Of a stretch of 64,000 nucleotides of DNA, positions 9,530 through 17,771 are shown one piece after another. The notes beneath the pieces are model-generated. The model was not told the origin of the DNA. It saw only the letters and a list, made by a program, of their open reading frames with translations, and did no database searches. The number at the start of each line of letters is the position of its first letter. Position 1 is the stretch's first letter. This DNA comes from Chitinophagales bacterium (lineage in GTDB: Bacteria; Bacteroidota; Bacteroidia; Chitinophagales; JADJOU01), in assembly GCA_040383345.1 (NCBI GenBank), contig JBEIDU010000003.1, positions 8,336-72,335 on the forward strand. The letters run 5' to 3'. A program made the translations under genes and the position numbers.

Positions 9530-9537
9530 TAAATTTG
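9530..9537 (+). promoter_or_regulatory. -7 promoter box for the zinc peptidase-rhodanese-Ig lipoprotein unit
   Basis: TAAATTTG, 21 nt upstream of ATG 9559. Confidence 0.55.
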
Positions 9538-9558
9538 TAATTCAAAAATAGATAAATT

Positions 9559-10230
9559 ATGTATCAAATATTGTTTATACTCGTAATGGGAGGTTCTTTT
9601 TTAGTGCAGATGATGCTAAAAAGAAAAATGGAAAAATATGCACAAGAAGCCAATCCACTTGGATTGACAGGAAAAGAAATCGCTGAAAAAATGCTAAAGG
9701 ATAATGGTATTTATGATGTTCAGGTTATTAGTACGCCTGGGCAATTGACGGATCATTACAATCCGCAAGACAAAACCGTAAATCTTTCAGAATTGGTGTA
9801 TGCGTCTAATAGTATTACGGCAGCGGCTGTATCGGCGCACGAATGCGGACACGCTGTTCAGCATGCTACCGCTTATGCTATGTTGGGTTTTAGAAGCAGA
9901 ATGGTTCCTATGCTTACTATTTCTAGTAAAATTATGCCAATTATACTCATTGGGGGTTTTTTTATGTTAAAGATTAGTCCACTTCCATTGTTTTTTGGCA
10001 TATTATTATATGGACTTACTACGCTTTTTTCATTTGTTACCTTGCCTGTAGAATTTGATGCGAGCAATAGAGCCTTGGCTTGGTTAGATAGCAAAGGATT
10101 GAGCGGCGATAGTTATGACAAAGCAAAAGATGGTCTCAAATGGGCAGCCATGACATATGTATTGAATGCGGTAGCTTCTTTGATCAATTTATTGTATTAT
10201 ATTTCAATTTTAAATAATAGACGAAGTTAA
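9559..10230 (+). CDS. membrane zinc metallopeptidase (YugP / Zn_peptidase_2-like)
   Basis: 223 aa. HExxH motif HECGHAVQH plus flanking transmembrane helices. Confidence 0.88.
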   Translation: MYQILFILVMGGSFLVQMMLKRKMEKYAQEANPLGLTGKEIAEKMLKDNGIYDVQVISTPGQLTDHYNPQDKTVNLSELVYASNSITAAAVSAHECGHAVQHATAYAMLGFRSRMVPMLTISSKIMPIILIGGFFMLKISPLPLFFGILLYGLTTLFSFVTLPVEFDASNRALAWLDSKGLSGDSYDKAKDGLKWAAMTYVLNAVASLINLLYYISILNNRRS

Positions 10231-10236
10231 AAAATT

Positions 10237-10533
10237 ATGTTTCAAAATATTTCGCAAGAGCAGTACCTTCAAATGATTGAAGAGCAGGATGTAGTAGCTA
10301 TAGACGTTCGTACAGCGCCTGAATATAATGATTTTCAATTGCCAAAAAGTTTGGTAGGATATGATTGGAATTCGGCTGAATTCTACGACAAAATAGAGGA
10401 ATTAGATAAGTCAAAGAAGTTGATTTTTATCTGTAGAAGTGGCAATAGAAGCATGCAAGCATGTATGTTTTTGGCTTCAAATGGCTTTGAACACCTTTAT
10501 AATTTGGAAGGTGGTGTTATGAATTGGAATTAA
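10237..10533 (+). CDS. single-domain rhodanese-like sulfurtransferase
   Basis: 98 aa with the active-site loop CRSGNRS. It starts 6 nt after the upstream gene. Confidence 0.9.
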   Translation: MFQNISQEQYLQMIEEQDVVAIDVRTAPEYNDFQLPKSLVGYDWNSAEFYDKIEELDKSKKLIFICRSGNRSMQACMFLASNGFEHLYNLEGGVMNWN

Positions 10534-10593
10534 TTCAAAAAAATAAGGTTTCTCAACGAAAACCGTTTATTTTTGCGACTTAGTTTTCTGCTC

Positions 10594-12099
10594 ATGCAAG
10601 GTTTTTATCGATTTTTTTATTTATTGTTATTGGTACTGATATATTCTTGTGCCAATATCGTAATGCCATCAGGTGGTGAGCGCGATATAGATCCTCCCCA
10701 ACCAGTAGCTTCCTATCCTGCTGTAAATGAAATGGGATTCAAAGACAATAAAATTGCTATCAAATTCAATGAGTTTGTAGAATGGAACAATCCCAATCAA
10801 AATGTAATCATTTCACCTTTTATAGACGGGGAAATTTTGACAAAAATACACGGAAAAACCGTTTTTATCCAACCCCGAAATGGTTTTTTGCCCGATAAAA
10901 CATATACGATTCAATTAAATAATGCCATCAAAGATCTTAATGAAGGTAATATTTTGTCATCATATAGTCATAAATTTTCTACAGGAAATCAATTGGATAG
11001 TTCAAATGTGCGCATTCAATTAAAAAATATGGAGAAAGAAGACGCTACGGATGCATTAATTGTGTTTTGCAAGGATAAAAATAGTTTTTTTGAAAAAAAA
11101 TATGAATATATGTCTATGGCTTCAAAAGGCCAAGCTCTTTTTGATAATTTAGATGACAAATCATATTATTTGTTTGCATTTTTGGATAGTAATTTTAATA
11201 AAAAATGGGATGAAAATGAGCGCGTAGGATTTTCGGATGCCCGAATTTCTCTAAAAGATACGTTCACTCAAATACTTTTATTTCAGCATACTTTAGAAAA
11301 AAATACAGCTATTGCGGACAATTTTCAATTTGGAAGCTTTGATTTGAATTTTGTACAATCCGTAAAAAATTTAGAAATAATTTCTCCTAGAATCCAATCG
11401 GTTTTTATTCATTCAAAAAAATATAAAATACTGTTTTCCCCTCTTGAAAATACTGGGAAGTTGATTTTCAAAGTAGATGGCATACACGATACTATTGAAT
11501 ATAAGGCAAATGATAAAAAAAATAATTTTGAATGGGTGGGCTATGATAGAAATATAGAAACAGAAAAACTTCGCTACGATTCTATTGAGATTCAATGGAA
11601 TGCAAAAGTGTCAAAAGTAGATTTGAAAAAAATCTTTTTAAAGAAAGACACTACTATTGTAGCGTTGAATGGCTATTTTGAAGGCGATAAATGGATGCTT
11701 ACAAACCTAGAACCTAATTCGAATTATACCTTCGTATTGGATAGTGGTGCAATGTTTGCTTCTAAATATGGTAGCAATAGACTAGAGTATCTATTTTCTA
11801 CTATAGCGAAAAATCAATTAAGAGAAACCATAAATATTAAAGTAGATGGCGATACAAAAAATGGGATAGCGGAATTGTACATAAATAAAAAACGATTGGT
11901 TTTTGATATTTCACAAAATCCAATGATAAGTTTGAAAAATGTAACCAATTCAACCTTGAACATCACCTTTTTTTATGATACAAATAAAAATGGAAAATGG
12001 GATAGTGGCAATGTGAAAAAAACTATTCAACCCGAAAAATTGATTCGCAAAGAGATAAAACTAGAAGGCCTTCAGGGGCTGTATACGATTTCGTTATAA
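10594..12099 (+). CDS. Ig-like (SbsA/Big_5-type) domain lipoprotein
   Basis: The ORF is open from TTG 10573; I prefer ATG 10594 (MQGFYRFFYLLLLVLIYSC, a lipobox Cys). PSGGERDIDPPQ immediately follows the Cys, as in Bacteroidota Ig-like-domain lipoproteins. The family assignment is from memory only. Confidence 0.6.
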   Translation: MQGFYRFFYLLLLVLIYSCANIVMPSGGERDIDPPQPVASYPAVNEMGFKDNKIAIKFNEFVEWNNPNQNVIISPFIDGEILTKIHGKTVFIQPRNGFLPDKTYTIQLNNAIKDLNEGNILSSYSHKFSTGNQLDSSNVRIQLKNMEKEDATDALIVFCKDKNSFFEKKYEYMSMASKGQALFDNLDDKSYYLFAFLDSNFNKKWDENERVGFSDARISLKDTFTQILLFQHTLEKNTAIADNFQFGSFDLNFVQSVKNLEIISPRIQSVFIHSKKYKILFSPLENTGKLIFKVDGIHDTIEYKANDKKNNFEWVGYDRNIETEKLRYDSIEIQWNAKVSKVDLKKIFLKKDTTIVALNGYFEGDKWMLTNLEPNSNYTFVLDSGAMFASKYGSNRLEYLFSTIAKNQLRETINIKVDGDTKNGIAELYINKKRLVFDISQNPMISLKNVTNSTLNITFFYDTNKNGKWDSGNVKKTIQPEKLIRKEIKLEGLQGLYTISL

Positions 12100-12261
12100 G
12101 AGTATCCGTTCCCAAAAAAGAAACCTCCATTTTATTCCTAAAACAGAGGCTTCTAATTCTAAAAAACCTAAAACAAAAACTATTAATGATACAACGAATA
12201 TGCAATAGCTAATATTGTGATAGGGTATTATTTTCTATATTTTATGCTATAAATTCAGGGG

Positions 12262-13026
12262 CTAAAAAATTTCTATAGAAATAGGACAGTGGTCGCTATG
12301 TTCAGCTTCGTTGTGTATTGAAGCCGATTTAAGTTCATTTTTCAATGAATCTGAAACCGAGATATAATCGATGCGCCAACCTTTGTTTTTTGGACGAGCG
12401 CCTGCTCGATATGTCCACCAGCTATAGATATCTTTTTTCTCGGGATGAAACAATCTAAAACTATCATTCATGCCGCCTTCAAACCATTTGTCCATCCAAG
12501 CGCGTTCTTCAGGTAAAAATCCCGAACTATTTTTATTGCCTTTTGGGTCGTGAATATCGATTTCTTTATGTGCAATATTATAATCCCCCACAACGATTAC
12601 ATTATTGTATTTAGCATTTATCTGTTGAATATAATCGAAGTAAAAGTCCAAAAACTCCATTTTGATATCTTGACGAATATCGCCAGAACTTCCCGAAGGG
12701 AAATAGGTATTGACAAGATAAAAATTGTCAAAAGCCAGCGAAATAACTCTTCCTTCAAAATCGTACAATTCATGATTACATCCTACAATAATTTCATTTG
12801 GTTCAATTTTGCTTAAAATAGCCGTGCCACTATAACCTTTTTTTTGCGCACTAAACCAATACGTTTTATAGCCCAAGGTCTCAAAAAGTGCTTTCGGTAT
12901 ATCTTCTTCATTTGCTTTTATTTCTTGAAAACAAATGATATCAGGATTTTCTTGTTCTATCCAAGAAGTTAATCCTTTGTTCACTGCAGCACGAATGCCA
13001 TTGACGTTGTATGAAAAAATTTTCAT
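12262..13026 (-). CDS. xth: exodeoxyribonuclease III (AP endonuclease)
   Basis: 254 aa. EEP-family motifs SYNVNGIRA, CFQEIK, GDYNIAH and the C-terminal SDHCPISIE are present. Confidence 0.95.
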   Translation of the reverse strand: MKIFSYNVNGIRAAVNKGLTSWIEQENPDIICFQEIKANEEDIPKALFETLGYKTYWFSAQKKGYSGTAILSKIEPNEIIVGCNHELYDFEGRVISLAFDNFYLVNTYFPSGSSGDIRQDIKMEFLDFYFDYIQQINAKYNNVIVVGDYNIAHKEIDIHDPKGNKNSSGFLPEERAWMDKWFEGGMNDSFRLFHPEKKDIYSWWTYRAGARPKNKGWRIDYISVSDSLKNELKSASIHNEAEHSDHCPISIEIF

Positions 13027-13051
13027 TATATATTAATTTAAAATTTTAATA

Positions 13052-15070
13052 CTATATAATTTTATCCAATCTTTCTTGAAGGCGATACATTTCATCGCGG
13101 AATGTTGCGGCATCCAAAAAGTCTAGTTTTTTTGAAGCTTTTGTCATTTTTTGCTTCAGATCCGCTATTTTTTTGGTTAAATCTTCTTTTGAATAGCTTA
13201 CTTCATCTTCGGCGGCTATATTTAGTGGCGATTCGGGCATGATATAGCTACTTTCTCTAATATCGATTACCGAAGTTTGTTTGAAAATTTCATCGTTGGA
13301 TTTAAAGACCGTAGTAGGAGTAATATGATGTAGTGCATTATATTCTGCTTGTATAATTCGTCTTCTATTCGTCTCGTCTATGGTGCGTTGCATAGATTTT
13401 GTAATTTTATCGGCATACATTATCACAAATCCATTTGAATTTCTAGCCGCTCTCCCAGAGGTTTGTGTCAGCGATTTTTCATTTCTCAAAAATCCTTCTT
13501 TGTCTGCATCCAAAATAGCTACCAGTGATACTTCAGGCAAATCCAATCCTTCTCTCAATAGATTGACGCCTATTAATACATCAAAAGTTCCCATCCTCAA
13601 TCCTCGTAATATTTCCACACGGTCCAGCGTATCTACATCGCTATGAATGTAGCGCGCTTTTATATTTAGATTACCAAAGTATTCATTGAGCTCTTCCGCC
13701 ATTCTTTTTGTGAGTGTAGTCACCAATACACGCTCATTTTTTTGTATGCGTTTTTCTATTTCGGCGAGTAAATCATCAATTTGATTCAACGAAGGACGAA
13801 CATCAATAATAGGGTCCAAAAGCCCTGTAGGACGAACGATTTGCTCTACAATTACACCCTCACTTTTTTCCAATTCATAATCGGCTGGTGTAGCGGTTAC
13901 ATATATTTTTTGTTTGGTTTTTTGCTCAAATTCCTCAAACTGCAAAGGTCTATTGTCCAATGCCGAAGGCAATCGAAATCCATATTCTACCAAATTGGAT
14001 TTTCGCATTCTATCGCCTGCATACATAGCTCGCACTTGGGGCAAGGTTACGTGACTTTCGTCTATTACTACTAAAAAATCATCGGGAAAATAATCGAGAA
14101 GACAGTATGGACGTTCACCTACATTTCGTCTATCCAAATAGCGCGAATAATTCTCAATACCACTGCAATAGCCTAGCTCACGCATCATTTCAATATCAAA
14201 ATTGACTCTTTCGGTGAGTCTTGCGGCTTCTATATGTTTTCCAATACTTTTCATATAATCCACTTGGAGTTTCAAGTCGTCTTGAATTTCGTGAATACAT
14301 TGAATAAGCAATTCCTTTGGCGTTACATACATATTGGCAGGAAAAATAGCCAGCTGGTTTTTTGATTCTATCTTTCTATTTGTCAAAGGATTGAAACTTT
14401 CTATTTCTTCTATTTCATCATTGAAAAATCCTATTCTATACCCAATATCGGCATAGGGTAGAAAAACTTCTACTGTATCGCCAATTACCCTAAAATTGCC
14501 ACGAGCCAATTCCCCCGTAGTTCTAGAATACAGCGCATCTACAAGTCGTGCTAGAAAGAAATTTCGAGTCATTTTGATGCCCGTAGCTATCTGTACCACG
14601 CCTTTGGCATATTCGTGTGGATTTCCCATACCATAGATACAAGAAACGGATGCTACTACCAGTACATCTCTTCGTCCCGAAAGGAGCGATGAAGTACAGG
14701 AAAGCCTTAGTTTTTCTATCTCTTGATTAATAGATAAATCTTTTTCGATATAAGTGTCCGATGAAGGTAAATACGCCTCGGGTTGGTAATAATCGTAGTA
14801 CGATACAAAATATTCTACCGCATTATCGGGGAAAAATTGCTTGAATTCACCATAGAGCTGCGCCACTAAGGTTTTGTTATGAGTAATAACGATTGTGGGA
14901 CGCTGTACTTTTTCTACTACATTGGCTATAGTAAATGTCTTTCCACTTCCTGTTACTCCCAATAGTGTCTGATGATTGATTCCATTTTGCAAACCTTCTA
15001 CCAAGCTGCTTATCGCTTTTGGCTGATCTCCTGCGGGCTGATATTTGGATTCTATTCGAAATGGATTCAT
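13052..15070 (-). CDS. uvrB: excinuclease ABC subunit B
   Basis: 672 aa. Walker A GVTGSGKT, DESH box (VIDESHVT), helicase C-terminal motifs and a C-terminal UVR domain (ATFRDEMYRLQERL). Confidence 0.98.
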   Translation of the reverse strand: MNPFRIESKYQPAGDQPKAISSLVEGLQNGINHQTLLGVTGSGKTFTIANVVEKVQRPTIVITHNKTLVAQLYGEFKQFFPDNAVEYFVSYYDYYQPEAYLPSSDTYIEKDLSINQEIEKLRLSCTSSLLSGRRDVLVVASVSCIYGMGNPHEYAKGVVQIATGIKMTRNFFLARLVDALYSRTTGELARGNFRVIGDTVEVFLPYADIGYRIGFFNDEIEEIESFNPLTNRKIESKNQLAIFPANMYVTPKELLIQCIHEIQDDLKLQVDYMKSIGKHIEAARLTERVNFDIEMMRELGYCSGIENYSRYLDRRNVGERPYCLLDYFPDDFLVVIDESHVTLPQVRAMYAGDRMRKSNLVEYGFRLPSALDNRPLQFEEFEQKTKQKIYVTATPADYELEKSEGVIVEQIVRPTGLLDPIIDVRPSLNQIDDLLAEIEKRIQKNERVLVTTLTKRMAEELNEYFGNLNIKARYIHSDVDTLDRVEILRGLRMGTFDVLIGVNLLREGLDLPEVSLVAILDADKEGFLRNEKSLTQTSGRAARNSNGFVIMYADKITKSMQRTIDETNRRRIIQAEYNALHHITPTTVFKSNDEIFKQTSVIDIRESSYIMPESPLNIAAEDEVSYSKEDLTKKIADLKQKMTKASKKLDFLDAATFRDEMYRLQERLDKII

Positions 15071-15114
15071 AGTTATTTAATTTTTATAGAAAAATAAATC
15101 AAAACCATTTTTTC

Positions 15115-15438
15115 TCAATCCAAATTGCAATGCCTTCTAGGCGCATGCGTTTGAGTATTTTTTTTTTCAAATTTCCAAAAAAAATGAAATTGCCCAAAGA
15201 TTGAGCCAATTATGACTAAAAGTATTTGATAAAATGGGAAAATTATTATTAAACGAATAGGAATTGCTATCCAGCCAAATGCTTCTTTGGTTATTCCCAG
15301 TCCATTTGTAAAAGGTTTGGATAAAAAAGCCGAAGTAGAGCCTGTAATGGCAAAAACAGTGAAGATAATCAGCACTTCAAAATTGCTTGAAACTTCCCAT
15401 CGTTTTTTTAATTTATCTAAAATATTCTGAAAAATCAT
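15115..15438 (-). CDS. small membrane protein of unknown function; 3' end uncertain because of a homopolymer tract
   Basis: 107 aa with two or three hydrophobic helices. Its start overlaps the upstream stop (ATGA). The last 14 codons follow an A10 tract (plus-strand T10 at 15158-15167) and look non-native. See findings. Confidence 0.6.
   Translation of the reverse strand: MIFQNILDKLKKRWEVSSNFEVLIIFTVFAITGSTSAFLSKPFTNGLGITKEAFGWIAIPIRLIIIFPFYQILLVIIGSIFGQFHFFWKFEKKNTQTHAPRRHCNLD
15158..15167. repeat. T10/A10 homopolymer tract inside a coding 3' end
   Basis: Counted directly: ...gagta tttttttttt caaattt... A change of one base in length switches the C-terminal tail of the 15115-15438 ORF. Confidence 0.9.
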
Positions 15439-16321
15439 ATAGAATACAATGCCGTTAGGGCTAGTTTAATATTGTGACTCATAAGCATTTCCTGTGCAGC
15501 TTTATGGAATTGAAGTGTGCGCTCGTCGCCTTCAAATGCATTGAGATATTTGTAGCTTTCTGTTTTTTTGAAATCTTCAATTTCTTCTGTAGTTGGGAAA
15601 TCTAAATTCAGCGCCAACTGCCCAAGGTTATTTCCTGTAAGCACCTACTGTTTTTAATTTCGGTATCCAAAACGTCAATTCCTATGCCAATATTGGCTTG
15701 AGGCTGTGCTATTTCAAACATTTTGGAAGGGTCTAACGCCACATAATAGCCGCCACCGCATCGTCCCGCTTGATTGATTTTCAAGGGGTCAATTTTGCCA
15801 TTCGAATCCAAAACCCGTTCATTGATATGTATTTTTACAACTTCGCAAATGAAAATATTTCCTGAACCGCCCACATTCCCAAATTCTATCACTTGATTGA
15901 CTTTACATTCAAAATTTACGGGACTTTCGCCTACTCGTGGTGGACGAACAAGCTCCGAAGCTAATTGCGTAAAATTTGCTTTTTCAAACTCATTAATACC
16001 TCTTTTGAATTCACTACTCGCATATGAAGTTTGAAATACCATATCGTATTCTACTATATTGATTACAACTTCAGCATTTTCTTTTATATTTTTATAAGTA
16101 TCCTTAGTCTCTCCAGTACGTCCGCTCACACTAGCCGAAAAAATCATTATAGGTGGATTGGTACTGAATACATTGAATTGACTAAAAGGGGCTAAATTGA
16201 CCTTGCCATACTGGTCTACGGTACTAGCTAAAGCAATAGGTCTAGGAGCTACGGATGATAGCATGAATCCATGAATTTCGGGAAGGGAGAGATCTTTTGG
16301 ATTATAGGATTTAAAGCTCAT
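15435..16321 (-). pseudogene. flavin reductase family protein, split by a single-nucleotide frameshift (or a sequencing error)
   Basis: ORF 15608-16321 (237 aa, flavin reductase-like FMN-binding split barrel) ends ...DTEIKNSRCLQEITLGSWR*. ORF 15435-15644 continues in another frame from an internal GTG (VLTGNNLGQLALNLDFPTTEE...) and overlaps it by 37 nt. Adding one G to the GG at about 15645 would give one ~295-aa protein reading ...EIKNSRVLTGNNLGQL... Confidence 0.6.
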
Positions 16322-16344
16322 GTTGGCATTTTTTATTAATTTTA

Positions 16345-16352
16345 CAAAGATA
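16345..16352 (-). promoter_or_regulatory. -7 promoter box for the flavin reductase (and probably downstream uvrB-xth) unit
   Basis: Plus-strand caaagata is TATCTTTG on the minus strand, 23 nt upstream of the start at 16321. Confidence 0.55.
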
Positions 16353-16379
16353 AGAAAACTAATTTTTTTGACTCTTTTA

Positions 16380-16518
16380 TTTGGATGTTTATTTATATCT
16401 GATTATGTTATTTTGAAAATTTGGGATTAATTTTGATTAAATTGGATCGTTTTTAAAGGTTATGAAATCCAAATAACATTACGTTTTATTGAATTTTGTA
16501 TGGAAATTCCTTTTGGAT
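16380..16518. promoter_or_regulatory. cluster of TTTGGAT-like motifs in a divergent intergenic region (possible regulator sites)
   Basis: Exact TTTGGAT occurs at 16380-16386 (+), 16467-16473 (-, plus strand atccaaa) and 16512-16518 (+). Near copies are TTTGGGAT at 16420-16427 and ATTGGAT at 16441-16447. TTGGAT-N19-ATCCAA forms an inverted pair at 16442-16472. Confidence 0.25.
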
Positions 16519-16530
16519 AATATTTTTAAT

Positions 16531-16538
16531 TAATTTTG
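16531..16538 (+). promoter_or_regulatory. -7 promoter box for the 64-aa/PstS-like/TPR unit
   Basis: TAATTTTG, 24 nt upstream of ATG 16563. Confidence 0.55.
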
Positions 16539-16562
16539 CATGCTAAATAAAAGATTGAGGCT

Positions 16563-16757
16563 ATGATAGAAAATTCTCAAAAAGTTATGTATATATTTAG
16601 AATGATAATTGCCGTAGCATTCATCATTCTTAGTGCTATTGTAGTATGGATCAAAGATAAGACCACTTTACCCACAAGCAATGCTTATTTTTTTGCTGTT
16701 ATACTTTTTCTATATGGGCTATTTCGAATCTATAGAGCGCGAAAAAACTATTTTTAA
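16563..16757 (+). CDS. small two-helix membrane protein
   Basis: 64 aa with two hydrophobic helices and a basic C-terminus (RIYRARKNYF). It lies 20 nt upstream of the next gene, and a -7 box is at 16531-16538. Confidence 0.5.
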   Translation: MIENSQKVMYIFRMIIAVAFIILSAIVVWIKDKTTLPTSNAYFFAVILFLYGLFRIYRARKNYF

Positions 16758-16777
16758 ACTTAGTTAAATGATATTTT

Positions 16778-17698
16778 ATGAATAAATTAGCCTATTTCTT
16801 AGTAGTTATATCTTTGTTTTTTGGTTGTGATAATAAGTCCAAAGTATCCACAGACACGCCTACTTCAGGTAATATAACTATTTTGGCAGATGAATGCTAT
16901 AAGCCCATTTTAGATACAGAAATTATGGTTTTTGAATCGCAATACAAAAATGCAAAAATCAAAGTGATCTATCGTCCTGCATTAGATGTAATAAAAGAAA
17001 TTTATAATGATTCTTTTAGGATATTACTTTCTTCGATAGTTCCAGATTCCAATTCATTGAGAAAATATAAAGAAATGAAAGGGTATGAAGCTAAAACTAC
17101 GGTTTTGGCTAAAGATGCAATAGCAATAATTGTGAATAATGATAAAAAAGGGTTAAAATTGACCCTTTCCGATTTGAAAAAAATATTAAATGGTCAAATT
17201 TCGGATTTCAGCCAAATAAAAGGCAGTGGAAAATCAGGCAAAATCAATATAGTTTTTGATAATCAAAAATCCAGTACGGTTGTATATATGCAAGATAGTA
17301 TCTTGAAAGGCGATAAATTATCGTCTAATGTCTATGCTCAAAACACCAATGAAGAAGTGATGAAATATGTAAAAAATAATAGCAATGCTTTGGGTATTAT
17401 TGGCGTGTCATGGATTAGTGATGAAGCGGATGAAATGGCACAAGAATTTAGCAAGGATATTTCTATGGTAGAGATAGGTAAGGACAACGATGTCTATTTT
17501 TACAAGCCTAATATGGGCTATATCGCTATTCATAAATATCCATTGCGTAGATTAATGCAATCAACCTTGCGAGAAGGTGGCCCTGGACTTGGAAGAGGAT
17601 TTGTCAATTTTATGACTAATGAAATTGGACAAAAAATTATTTTAAAATCTGGCTTGGTCCCTTCTACGGTATTGACAAGAGTGGTAGAAGTAAATTAA
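16778..17698 (+). CDS. PstS-like (PBP superfamily) substrate-binding lipoprotein
   Basis: 306 aa with lipoprotein signal LFFGC. The periplasmic-binding-protein pattern (SGNITILADE..., LGIIGVSW) resembles Bacteroidota PstS-family proteins that are usually found with TPR and TonB-ExbBD genes. Confidence 0.75.
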   Translation: MNKLAYFLVVISLFFGCDNKSKVSTDTPTSGNITILADECYKPILDTEIMVFESQYKNAKIKVIYRPALDVIKEIYNDSFRILLSSIVPDSNSLRKYKEMKGYEAKTTVLAKDAIAIIVNNDKKGLKLTLSDLKKILNGQISDFSQIKGSGKSGKINIVFDNQKSSTVVYMQDSILKGDKLSSNVYAQNTNEEVMKYVKNNSNALGIIGVSWISDEADEMAQEFSKDISMVEIGKDNDVYFYKPNMGYIAIHKYPLRRLMQSTLREGGPGLGRGFVNFMTNEIGQKIILKSGLVPSTVLTRVVEVN

Positions 17699-17771
17699 AT
17701 AAAATTTAATATTTTAATTTCAAATAAACTTAAAACTATATTTTTACATCTAAAATACAAATAACAACAAC

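Noticed and set aside
9492-9551. A 13-bp palindrome CTATTTTAAATAG (9492-9504) and three AAATAG hexamers spaced 23-24 bp apart in the DoxX / zinc-peptidase divergent spacer.
   Set aside because: The hexamer is common in AT-rich DNA and partly overlaps the -7 box region. It is not distinguishable from chance without comparative data.
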